Source: Spirochaetia bacterium (GTDB taxonomy: Bacteria; Spirochaetota; Spirochaetia; UBA9216). From it: a stretch of DNA of 64,000 nt. The stretch's first letter is position 1, and each line of letters begins with the position of its first letter. Of this stretch, positions 10,827-19,860 are shown one piece after another. The DNA lies in the NCBI GenBank assembly GCA_963675665.1, contig OY776510.1, positions 3,328,001 to 3,392,000 on the forward strand. Reading direction: 5' to 3'. A program made the position numbers and the translations under genes. The notes beneath the pieces are model-generated. The model did not search any database. It was not told where the DNA came from and saw only the letters and a program-made list of their open reading frames with translations.

Positions 10827-13258
10827 TGGAAGAATTAATTTTGAAAGGGAACTCCAAAGAAGAACTGAAAAGAAGTTTTTACGAACATTTAAAATATTCG
10901 CTTGCTGTTACGCTTGAAAACAGCCACTCGACGGATAAATACCTTGCCCTTGCGCAGACCGTCAGAGACAGAATAATTGAAAGATTGTTTATAACAAAGA
11001 AAACTCATGAAAAGCAGAAGGCAAAATGCGTAAACTATTTTTCATTTGAGTTTCTGATGGGAAGGGCTCTGTCAAATAACATGATAAACCTGGGCATACA
11101 GGATAAAATCATCCAGATGCTTGAAGAAGAGGGTATTAACTGGGAAGAAATACAATCCGCCATGGTAGATTCGGGGCTCGGTAACGGCGGTCTTGGAAGG
11201 CTTGCCGCGTGTTTTCTCGATTCTCTTGCAACATTGGAAATACCGGCTTACGGTTACGGGCTCAGGTATAAATACGGTTTTTTCAAGCAGTCTATTGTTA
11301 ACGGGTACCAGGTTGAGGATGCGGACGACTGGCTGAAATTCAAGAACCCGTGGGAAATAAGGCGGAACGATATTCCCGTAACCGTTCAGTTCGGCGGCAG
11401 GGTTGCAAGAAACAAAAGGGGTAGGTGTTTCTGGGTTGATACTAACGACATCATAGGAATTCCGTACGATACTCCGATTGTGGGCTACGGGGGAAACACT
11501 GTAAACACATTGAGGCTTTGGGATTCCAAAAGCTCGGAGCAGTTCGACTACCAGGCTTTCAACCAGGGTGATTATTATAACTCGGTTGATGAAGCTGTTC
11601 TTGCTGAAACACTTACACAGGTTTTATATCCAAACGATGCAATATATTCGGGAAAGGAACTAAGGTTCAGACAGCAGTTCTTTTTTGTAAGCGCTTCGCT
11701 TCAGGATATATTCAGAAGATTCAGGAAGCTTGGAGTCAATATATCTGAATTCCCGGAGAAGATGACGGTTCAGCTTAATGATACCCATCCCGCAATTGCT
11801 GTAGCGGAACTTATGAGGCTGCTTGTTGATATTGAACAGATCGATTGGGACACGGCATGGGACATTACGATTAAAACGCTTGGATATACAAATCATACGC
11901 TGATGCCTGAAGCTCTTGAAACCTGGCCGGTAAGAATGTTTGAAAAGTTTCTGCCGAGACATCTTGAGATTATCTATCAGATCAACCATTTTTTTCTGCA
12001 AACTGTAACCGGATTATATCCCGGCAACATGGACAAGCTTTCAAAATTGTCTCTTATTGGGGAAGAAGGCGGAAAACGGGTAAGAATGGCGCCGCTTGCT
12101 ATACTGGGTTCGCATTCGGTCAACGGAGTCGCCGAACTGCATTCAAAACTTGTAAGGGAAAAACTTGTTCCGGATTTTTATGAAATGTTTCCTGAAAGGT
12201 TTAACAACAAGACAAACGGAATCACCCAGCGGAGATGGCTGCTTAAGTCAAATCCGGCTCTTTCAAAACTCATCAGCAGTAATATAGGCGACGGCTGGAT
12301 TACGGAGCTGACCCAGCTTAAAAAGCTTGAAAAATTCACTGCGGATGAAGGATTTCTTCAGAAACTGTATGAAGTGAAAAGAAATAATAAAATTGAATTT
12401 TCAAACTATTGCAACAAAACCTGGGGATTCAAGCTCGATCCGGATACAATATTTGATGTTCAGGTCAAACGAATTCATGAATATAAAAGGCAACTGCTGA
12501 ATGTGCTGCATATTATATCAATTTATAACCGGGTCAGGGCCGGCGAAAAAATACAGCCCAGGACTTTTATCTTCAGCGGGAAGGCTGCGCCGGGATATGA
12601 GGCGGCAAAACTGATAATAAAACTAATAAATAATATAAGTTGTGTTATAAACGGAGACAAGTCCATAAACGGGCTTATTAATGTATTTTTTCTGCCGAAT
12701 TACAGTGTTTCACTTGCGGAAAGAATTTTCCCGGCAGCAGAACTTTCGGAACAAATCTCGACGGCAGGAACAGAGGCTTCGGGAACCGGCAATATGAAAT
12801 TCATGCTTAACGGCGCGTTAACAATCGGCACGCTGGACGGCGCCAATATTGAAATCCTTGAGGAAGCCGGAGATGAAAACATGTTTATATTCGGGCTTAA
12901 AACTGATGAAGTTGAGGAGTTAAGGCACTATTATAATCCGCGTGATTACCTGAACGACGGACCTGTTGCCGATGTAATAAAACTGTTGAAAAGCGGTTAT
13001 TTTAATATAAGCGAACCGGATATTTTTGATGCACTTTTAAATAATATTACGGAACATGATTATTATATGCACCTTGCGGATCTTGAATCGTATATTAATA
13101 TACAGAAAGAAGTAGGGGAAAAATATTCTGATCGTAACTCCTGGATGAAATCGTCACTGATGAACATTGCCAATGCAGGAAAATTTTCATCAGACAGAAC
13201 AATTTATGAATATGCAAAAGATATCTGGAATATAAAGGCATGCCATGTCGAAAAATAA
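10826..13258 (+). CDS. glgP: Glycogen/starch phosphorylase (GT35)
   Basis: GLGNGGLGRLAACFLDS, QLNDTHP, VKRIHEYKRQLLN, EASGTGNMKFMLNGA PLP-Lys motif. Confidence 0.97.
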   Translation: MEELILKGNSKEELKRSFYEHLKYSLAVTLENSHSTDKYLALAQTVRDRIIERLFITKKTHEKQKAKCVNYFSFEFLMGRALSNNMINLGIQDKIIQMLEEEGINWEEIQSAMVDSGLGNGGLGRLAACFLDSLATLEIPAYGYGLRYKYGFFKQSIVNGYQVEDADDWLKFKNPWEIRRNDIPVTVQFGGRVARNKRGRCFWVDTNDIIGIPYDTPIVGYGGNTVNTLRLWDSKSSEQFDYQAFNQGDYYNSVDEAVLAETLTQVLYPNDAIYSGKELRFRQQFFFVSASLQDIFRRFRKLGVNISEFPEKMTVQLNDTHPAIAVAELMRLLVDIEQIDWDTAWDITIKTLGYTNHTLMPEALETWPVRMFEKFLPRHLEIIYQINHFFLQTVTGLYPGNMDKLSKLSLIGEEGGKRVRMAPLAILGSHSVNGVAELHSKLVREKLVPDFYEMFPERFNNKTNGITQRRWLLKSNPALSKLISSNIGDGWITELTQLKKLEKFTADEGFLQKLYEVKRNNKIEFSNYCNKTWGFKLDPDTIFDVQVKRIHEYKRQLLNVLHIISIYNRVRAGEKIQPRTFIFSGKAAPGYEAAKLIIKLINNISCVINGDKSINGLINVFFLPNYSVSLAERIFPAAELSEQISTAGTEASGTGNMKFMLNGALTIGTLDGANIEILEEAGDENMFIFGLKTDEVEELRHYYNPRDYLNDGPVADVIKLLKSGYFNISEPDIFDALLNNITEHDYYMHLADLESYINIQKEVGEKYSDRNSWMKSSLMNIANAGKFSSDRTIYEYAKDIWNIKACHVEK

Positions 13259-14873
13259 CAGGATATTATCTTCCGGTTACAGTTTTTCCGTAAATGTAGC
13301 GGGAAGGAATATTTTAAAAAGTCCGGAATTTATCAGGATGACCGAGACCGACATGCTTAAAATGTTCTTCAAAAACTTGGGGGAAATACCTGAAAGTAAT
13401 GGAATAAAGGACGTATTGCTGCACAGTAATATAAACGGCAACTGGACTTTTACCCGCTTTAAAAAAACGAAAGACAGTGAATATGAACTTGAAATAAAAA
13501 ACCCTCCCTGCGGTAAAGCTTCTTTCCGTTTTGCTGTGGAATGCAGGGATGGACTTTACTGGGAACCGGAAAAATACCATGAGTTACTGATAGATCCGGA
13601 ATCCATTAATTCGATTCGTCTGTATACAATTATACCCAATATAAACGGCAGGATAGACTCATGGAAAAGGATGCTGCCCGAAATTGCGGAAATGGGGTTC
13701 AACGCGGTTCATATTCTGCCTGTTACCGCAATGGGATCTTCGGAGAGTCCTTATTCAGCTTCGGAACTGTTCAGTCTTGATTATGTTTACGGAAATAATA
13801 TTCATTGTTTCAGGGAATTTGCTGAATACGCGGCCGAACTGGGTATAAAGATTTGCCTTGATATAGTACTTAACCATATCAGCAATGAAAACAGCATCTG
13901 CCTCGAACATGCGGAATGGATTATTCCGGACAGAACGCGTGAAGACGGAATGAAACGCGCCGGATGTTATCATCATGATAAATGGATCAGTTGGGAAGAC
14001 CTGGTGCTGCTTAATTACGATCATCCCAATCCTGAAATACGCGAAGAATTATATTCCTACATGCTGAAATACGTAATGTTCTGGATTGAGGCGGCGGGCG
14101 GAAGAAATGTAATGATGCGTCTTGATAACCTCCATTCGTCAAACCGGGAATTTATCAAATGGCTTCTGCCGGAAATTCGAAGGAAATATCCCGGCCTGCT
14201 GATTCTTTCAGAGTTCTTCGGAGCCGAAAACCATCTTGATGAAGCAGTTGTTGAATACGGCCTTAACCTGCTTACCGCCAACAGCTGGGAGTATCCTTTT
14301 GCGCCCATTCTGGAACGGTATATTGCGGGAATTCACAGCAGCGCCAAGCTAAGATACCTTGTCACACCTACATCGCACGACACGGAAGCCGCGGCAAAAC
14401 TGTTTGCAACTGCGGAATCCTCGATTCCAAGGTACGCAGTATGTGCCCTTATGGGAACGGGGATTACAGGGATAGTTCAGGGTTATGAATACGGGGTGCC
14501 TGAGAAAATAAACTTTATTGGCAGAAAGCCGGGGAAAGTCCCGGTAACGGAATATGATTTTAAGTCGTTTATAAAAAAGGTAAACAGCCTTTTAAAAAAC
14601 GAGCCGTGTCTTGGAAAAAAGGGAAATGCAGAGTTTTTTGATACGGGAAACGACAGTCTTATTTTATGCAGGAGAAGGGACAGTAACGGTCAGTGTCTTC
14701 TGATAGTTGTCAATCTTGATATATATAATGAACACCAGACACATTACAATATCATAGGTAAAGCTGAAACGATAATAGCTGAAAATGCCGAAACTGAATT
14801 TAACGAAATAGAAGACAAAATATTAATAAAACTGGGTGCATGCGGAGTTTGTGTAATAAGGACAAAAAGATGA
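13245..14873 (+). CDS. GH13 alpha-amylase-family protein resembling the 4-alpha-glucanotransferase domain of eukaryotic glycogen debranching enzyme
   Basis: GFNAVHILP...GSSESPYS, DIVLNH, ISWEDLVLLNY, RLDNLHS (nucleophile Asp), LSEFF (acid/base Glu), TSHDTE; lies inside the glycogen operon. Confidence 0.75.
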   Translation: MSKNNRILSSGYSFSVNVAGRNILKSPEFIRMTETDMLKMFFKNLGEIPESNGIKDVLLHSNINGNWTFTRFKKTKDSEYELEIKNPPCGKASFRFAVECRDGLYWEPEKYHELLIDPESINSIRLYTIIPNINGRIDSWKRMLPEIAEMGFNAVHILPVTAMGSSESPYSASELFSLDYVYGNNIHCFREFAEYAAELGIKICLDIVLNHISNENSICLEHAEWIIPDRTREDGMKRAGCYHHDKWISWEDLVLLNYDHPNPEIREELYSYMLKYVMFWIEAAGGRNVMMRLDNLHSSNREFIKWLLPEIRRKYPGLLILSEFFGAENHLDEAVVEYGLNLLTANSWEYPFAPILERYIAGIHSSAKLRYLVTPTSHDTEAAAKLFATAESSIPRYAVCALMGTGITGIVQGYEYGVPEKINFIGRKPGKVPVTEYDFKSFIKKVNSLLKNEPCLGKKGNAEFFDTGNDSLILCRRRDSNGQCLLIVVNLDIYNEHQTHYNIIGKAETIIAENAETEFNEIEDKILIKLGACGVCVIRTKR

Positions 14874-16324
14874 AAAAGATACTGATGGTGACAAGCGAAA
14901 CCGTACCTTTCGCCAAAACCGGCGGCCTGGCGGATGTAGTAGGAGCATTATCAATTCATCTGAAAAAACTGGGACATGATGTGCGTATCATCATGCCGAG
15001 ATATTATCATATTGATAGAACCGGGTTGAAAAAGCACGACGACGCGCTTGGCATATGGCTTGGCAAGGGTGAAGAGTGGACTGCAGTATATGAAGGAACG
15101 CTTCCGAATTCCAGCGTGCCGGTATATTTTATTGATCATGAAAGATTTTACGGGCGCGACGGAATATACGGGCACAGGGCTGATGAGGGTTTTAAGGATA
15201 ACGCCGCCAGGTTTTCGCTGCTGTCGCGCGGTGCGTTCCAGTTGTGCCGGATGCTGCACTGGACTCCGGACGTTCTTCACTGCCATGACTGGCCGTCGGC
15301 ACCGGCATGCTATTTACTGAAAAAAGAGGAGCAGTCCCGGGGTTTTAAAAAGACAAAAAGCATCCTGACAATCCACAATATAGGTTATCAGGGAGTTTTT
15401 GCCCTTGATGATGCAATATTTCTTCAACCCGAAACGGATATGCTTAATTTATCAACCCTTGAGTTTTCGGGTGCTCTGAACTTTCTGAAATCAGGGATAA
15501 TAACTGCGGACAGAATAACAACAGTTTCACCTACCTATGCCGAAGAAATAAAATGGCCGGAATTCGGGTTCGGGATGGACGGATTATTAAATTTCCGCAG
15601 CAATGTTCTGTCCGGAATCCTTAACGGGATCGATTATGATGAATGGAACCCCGAAACAGATAAATATATTGCTCCCGACAACTATAACGTAACCAGGATA
15701 AAACCGAAGTCCAATGTAAAAAAAAGATTACAGCAGAGAATGGGACTGGAAGCAAAACAGCGGATACCGCTAGTCGGAATAGTCACAAGACTGGTGGATC
15801 AGAAAGGAATCAGGGAATTGTTTGAACCGGGCAGCGGTGCAGTCTTCTCAATATGCCGTGACATGAATATCCAGTTTGCCATTCTCGGTTCCGGAGATGC
15901 ATGGTGCGAGGAAGAATTGAGGGTACTGAACTCGAAACTGCCAAATTTATCAGTACAGATTGGTTATAATAATGAACTTGCTCATCTGATTGAAGCAGGC
16001 AGCGATTTTTTCCTGATGCCCAGCCGATATGAACCATGCGGGCTTAACCAGATTTATTCGCTGGCGTACGGCACGCTTCCCGTTGTCAGACGAACTGGCG
16101 GCCTGGCCGATACTGTAGAGAACTACGATATGGAAAAAAATCTTGGTACCGGTTTTGTTTTTGATGATCTGAGAGCCGACGTCATATACAGCGTAATGAA
16201 ATGGGTTGTTGAAACATGGGAAGAACGAAGGGAAGATATAACAAAAATGAGGAAACGGGCAATGAAAAAGCATTTTTCCTGGGAAGATTCTGCAAAAGAA
16301 TATCTTAAGCTTTACGACAGCTGA
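14870..16324 (+). CDS. glgA: Glycogen synthase (GT5)
   Basis: KTGGLADV, HCHDW, TIHN, GILNGID, PSRYEPCGLNQ, TGGLADTV; ATG 14870 overlaps the upstream stop. Confidence 0.96.
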   Translation: MKKILMVTSETVPFAKTGGLADVVGALSIHLKKLGHDVRIIMPRYYHIDRTGLKKHDDALGIWLGKGEEWTAVYEGTLPNSSVPVYFIDHERFYGRDGIYGHRADEGFKDNAARFSLLSRGAFQLCRMLHWTPDVLHCHDWPSAPACYLLKKEEQSRGFKKTKSILTIHNIGYQGVFALDDAIFLQPETDMLNLSTLEFSGALNFLKSGIITADRITTVSPTYAEEIKWPEFGFGMDGLLNFRSNVLSGILNGIDYDEWNPETDKYIAPDNYNVTRIKPKSNVKKRLQQRMGLEAKQRIPLVGIVTRLVDQKGIRELFEPGSGAVFSICRDMNIQFAILGSGDAWCEEELRVLNSKLPNLSVQIGYNNELAHLIEAGSDFFLMPSRYEPCGLNQIYSLAYGTLPVVRRTGGLADTVENYDMEKNLGTGFVFDDLRADVIYSVMKWVVETWEERREDITKMRKRAMKKHFSWEDSAKEYLKLYDS

Positions 16325-16327
16325 TTT

Positions 16328-17284
16328 TTAATGCTCAATAGTCATCATATCTTCTTCATCAAGATAGAGCTGCGGTTGCGGCAGAACTTCGCCGCTGGAA
16401 AGTTTCTGCGCAATAGTTTTAAGCTCGCTGGAAAAAACAGTTTCCGGATTTGTCAGTATAACCGGGCTGCGGCGGAAGATGGACATCTGAACCTCGCGGT
16501 CTTCTGAAAGTGCGCCAAGAAAATCAATGTCGATTCCGATATTCTTTCTGGTTATTTCCTTAAGCTTGAGTCCCAAATCAATACTTTCCTGATTTTCTGC
16601 GCGGTTAATGATGACCCAGGGGTGAAAATCATTAAGCTTTTCCAGAGCGATCTGCCCTGAATTATATGAATGTGCCGTGAGTTCATTAATAAGGTCGTTT
16701 GCAAACGATCTGCCTGAGCCTTCAAGCTTGCGGTTTACAAAATTATATATAATTTCACGTTCAATACTTTTTGGCTTGAAGCTGCGGAAAAGCATTCTGA
16801 AAACTGATGTTTTGATAAAAGAATAGGCATTTAAAACGGAAGTTGTTTCAGGTGTTGTAAAAATAATACCGTATGACGACACTAGAAAGAAATCAACCGT
16901 GTTAAAGGTTGATCCGGCGCCAAGATCAAGAAGAATAAAATCTGCATCAAGCTGGTTTATCTGTTTGATAATCTTTTGTTTTGTAAAAAACGGCAGGTTA
17001 CCTGTTCCCGGACTAAGTGTGTCTCCGGGTATAAAGAACAGGTTCTCGACTTCAGTATCAAATAAAATATCATTGATAGAGCTTTCCTGCTTGTTGATTA
17101 AAGCGCTTATACCGGTGTTCCTGTTACGAATACCCAGGCATGTATGCAGGTTGCTGCCCCCGAGGTCGAGATCGATTAAAACTGTTTTTTTGCCCGATTG
17201 TGCCAAAAGAATTCCCAAATTGGCAGTAAAAATGGTTTTCCCTACGCCGCCTTTTCCGCTTCCGATTGGTATTATAAATCCCAT
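16328..17284 (-). CDS. MinD/FlhG/ParA-family P-loop ATPase
   Basis: Deviant Walker A GKGGVGKT, DLDLGGSNL, LLDLGAG, TPETTS..NAY. Confidence 0.85.
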   Translation of the reverse strand: MGFIIPIGSGKGGVGKTIFTANLGILLAQSGKKTVLIDLDLGGSNLHTCLGIRNRNTGISALINKQESSINDILFDTEVENLFFIPGDTLSPGTGNLPFFTKQKIIKQINQLDADFILLDLGAGSTFNTVDFFLVSSYGIIFTTPETTSVLNAYSFIKTSVFRMLFRSFKPKSIEREIIYNFVNRKLEGSGRSFANDLINELTAHSYNSGQIALEKLNDFHPWVIINRAENQESIDLGLKLKEITRKNIGIDIDFLGALSEDREVQMSIFRRSPVILTNPETVFSSELKTIAQKLSSGEVLPQPQLYLDEEDMMTIEH

Positions 17285-17290
17285 ATAACT

Positions 17291-17356
17291 ATCATATTAT
17301 TTATAATGATCTTTTTCAAACAAAAAATTGAATATTTGGCAATAACTAATTAGAAT
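17291..17356. promoter_or_regulatory. Back-to-back sigma70-type promoters
   Basis: Minus: TTGAAA(17319-14)-17 bp-TATGAT(17296-91). Plus: TTGAAT(17328-33)-17 bp-TAGAAT(17351-56). Each -10 lies 6 nt before its ATG. Confidence 0.6.
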
Positions 17357-17362
17357 GCTTAA

Positions 17363-18016
17363 ATGATTATTACAGCTTTTGACGGAAGTCCAAGAACAAA
17401 CGGAAACAGTACGATTTTACTAAAAAGATTTATTGAAAATGCGGAAAGAAAAGGTGCAACAGTTAATCTTTTTAAAACCGACAAGATAAACCTTAAGCCC
17501 TGCAGAGGGTGCCTGATGTGTAATGTTATAAAACGCTGCGCTATTAAAAACGATGACTGGGAAAGTCTGTCAAAACTGATTATGGAATCTGATGTGCTGG
17601 CATTTTCAACTCCTGTTTATTTTCATCATGCAACGTCATCAATGAAAAAGCTCCTGGACAGATTCAGGTCGTTCATTCATGTAAAAATAACCGAGGAAGG
17701 GCTTATTCATACTCCACATTCAGAGTGGCAAAAAAAGATATTTCTTTTTACGGCTTTAGGATCATCATCAAAAAAAGATGCTGAACCCTTAATAGATCTT
17801 TTCAGCTTTATGATTGAAGTCCTTGGGAATAAAAACAGGTTTGAATACCTGACAGCAGAAAGACTGGCTGTGTCGGGTCAGATCCTTTTCGGTAAAAGCC
17901 AACTAAAAGATCTGTATGGAAAACTTGATCTTTCTGAAAGTCTGGTTGAGGAAGATTATAAAAGGAACAGAAAATACATAGAAGCTGCCGGTCTGATGGC
18001 GGACAGATTATTCTGA
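17363..18016 (+). CDS. Flavodoxin-like / iron-sulfur flavoprotein (NADPH-dependent FMN reductase family)
   Basis: GSPRTNGNS FMN-binding loop, CRGCLMC...C..KNDD cysteine motif, STPVYF, KKLLDR. Confidence 0.85.
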   Translation: MIITAFDGSPRTNGNSTILLKRFIENAERKGATVNLFKTDKINLKPCRGCLMCNVIKRCAIKNDDWESLSKLIMESDVLAFSTPVYFHHATSSMKKLLDRFRSFIHVKITEEGLIHTPHSEWQKKIFLFTALGSSSKKDAEPLIDLFSFMIEVLGNKNRFEYLTAERLAVSGQILFGKSQLKDLYGKLDLSESLVEEDYKRNRKYIEAAGLMADRLF

Positions 18017-18082
18017 ATATAAATTTAAAGGTGTTTGCATTCGACTGAAAAAATGACTAGAATGTAATGGGAATGTAACAGG

Positions 18083-19795
18083 ATGTTGATGAAGGATAAA
18101 AAAATAACAAGTATAGTCATCCCTCTTCTTTTCATCATTTTTCTTTTCTTCATTACAATATTTATAATTATCATACCGTATCTGAAAAGTTCTTTTATTG
18201 AAAACGAGACAAAGCAGATTAAAATGCTGGTTGAATCACAAATACAGATAATGGAATCATTGAATACTGCGGTCGAAAAAAACAAAATTTCACTGACTGA
18301 AGCAAAGGAAAGAGCCATAGAAATAATTTCAGAGCAGCGATACGGTAAAAACCTCGAATTTTACTTCTGGATAATTGACCTGGATCCTGTTCTGATCATG
18401 CATCCCTTTACAAAAAATCTTGTAGGCAAGTATGTAGGCGATTATTATGATGAGAACGGCAATAACCTGTTCCAGGAAATGGTAGATATTGTTAAGACTT
18501 CAGGTGAAGGTTACCTGGAATATTTATGGCAGTTACCGTACGATGAAAATAAGGTAATTGAAAAAAAATCTTTCGTAAAATTATATGAACCATGGGGATG
18601 GATTATAGGGACAGGTTTTTATATTAATAACCTGTCTGCAGAGATAAACAGCCTGTTTACAGTAATTACAATATTGTCTGTTGTTGTACTTGTCATGATA
18701 ATAGTGCTTTCCTGGGCTATATTCCTGCAGCGATTGGTATTAAACCGGCAGAATTTATATTATGCAAAAAACTTCGTTGAAAGCGAAAAACGCTATAAAA
18801 AACTGATTACAAGTATGAACGAGGGTTTTGTTCTGTCGGATACGGATTTCAGAATACAGGTTGTAAATAAAAAACTTCTTGAAATGATCGGCAAACCTGA
18901 AAATGAAGTGATTGGCGAGTATTTCAGAAAATTTGTGCACAAAGAATGGCTGCAGGAATATGATGAAAACATAGAAAACCGAAAACAGGGCGGAAACGAG
19001 AAATATGAGATTGCATTAAAAGGCTCGGAAGGAAAGGCTATTCTTGCAATAGTCAGTCCGCGGGGGATGTTTGATGAAAATAATAATTTTATGGGCAGTT
19101 ATGCTGTTATAACCGACGTAAGCAGATTGAAAAAAGTTCAGCTTGAGCTTGAAACTACGTTAGAGGAAAGGGAAGCGTTAATTAAGGAAATACATCATCG
19201 TGTAAAAAATAACCTTCAGATAATCATAAGTATTTTCAATCTGCAGAAGATTAAGCATGTAAATAAAGAGTTTAATGATTTCCTGATTGAATCGGAAACC
19301 AGGATTTTCTCAATGGCGCTGGTTCATGAAATATTATACGAATCACCCAAGCTCGATTCCATAAGTTTTGACCGGTATCTGGAGAAACTGATAGATAACA
19401 TAAGGATGGAATTCCTGGCTGAGAAAATTGATCTTGTTTATGAATGTGACGGTTATGAAACTGTAATGTCCCTGGAGAAAGCAACCGCCGCAGGAATAAT
19501 AATTACCGAGCTGTTAATGAAATATTATCATTTTTTTAAAAACGGGAATTTTGAGATTTTGGAATCACTTAAAGTTAAAATGGCGGTAATTGAAGAAACA
19601 TACAGAATAAGTTTCAACGGAGAATACAGGTGCGGATTAAAGAAAAAAGAAACCCTTGACTGTTATTTTGAAATGAACCTGATTGTAATTCTGTTGGAGC
19701 AGTTGCAGGGAAGAATAGATATTATGGATGATGAGGAAGACTCTTCTTCCGGTCTCGGATTTATTATTGAGATTCCTGTAGACAGAACTTTTTAA
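18083..19795 (+). CDS. Membrane sensor histidine-kinase-like protein (Cache, PAS, HisKA_2) with degenerate ATPase domain
   Basis: Two TM segments flank a Cache domain (YFWI...MHP, GEGYLEYLW, PWGWIIGTG); PAS; KEIHHRVKNNLQII H-box. Start may be 18089. Confidence 0.8.
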   Translation: MLMKDKKITSIVIPLLFIIFLFFITIFIIIIPYLKSSFIENETKQIKMLVESQIQIMESLNTAVEKNKISLTEAKERAIEIISEQRYGKNLEFYFWIIDLDPVLIMHPFTKNLVGKYVGDYYDENGNNLFQEMVDIVKTSGEGYLEYLWQLPYDENKVIEKKSFVKLYEPWGWIIGTGFYINNLSAEINSLFTVITILSVVVLVMIIVLSWAIFLQRLVLNRQNLYYAKNFVESEKRYKKLITSMNEGFVLSDTDFRIQVVNKKLLEMIGKPENEVIGEYFRKFVHKEWLQEYDENIENRKQGGNEKYEIALKGSEGKAILAIVSPRGMFDENNNFMGSYAVITDVSRLKKVQLELETTLEEREALIKEIHHRVKNNLQIIISIFNLQKIKHVNKEFNDFLIESETRIFSMALVHEILYESPKLDSISFDRYLEKLIDNIRMEFLAEKIDLVYECDGYETVMSLEKATAAGIIITELLMKYYHFFKNGNFEILESLKVKMAVIEETYRISFNGEYRCGLKKKETLDCYFEMNLIVILLEQLQGRIDIMDDEEDSSSGLGFIIEIPVDRTF

Positions 19796-19860
19796 ACGAA
19801 ACGGAAAAAAACTTCTCCTTTTAGATAAATACAGGTTAAAATACTCGCTGGAGGGTATTT

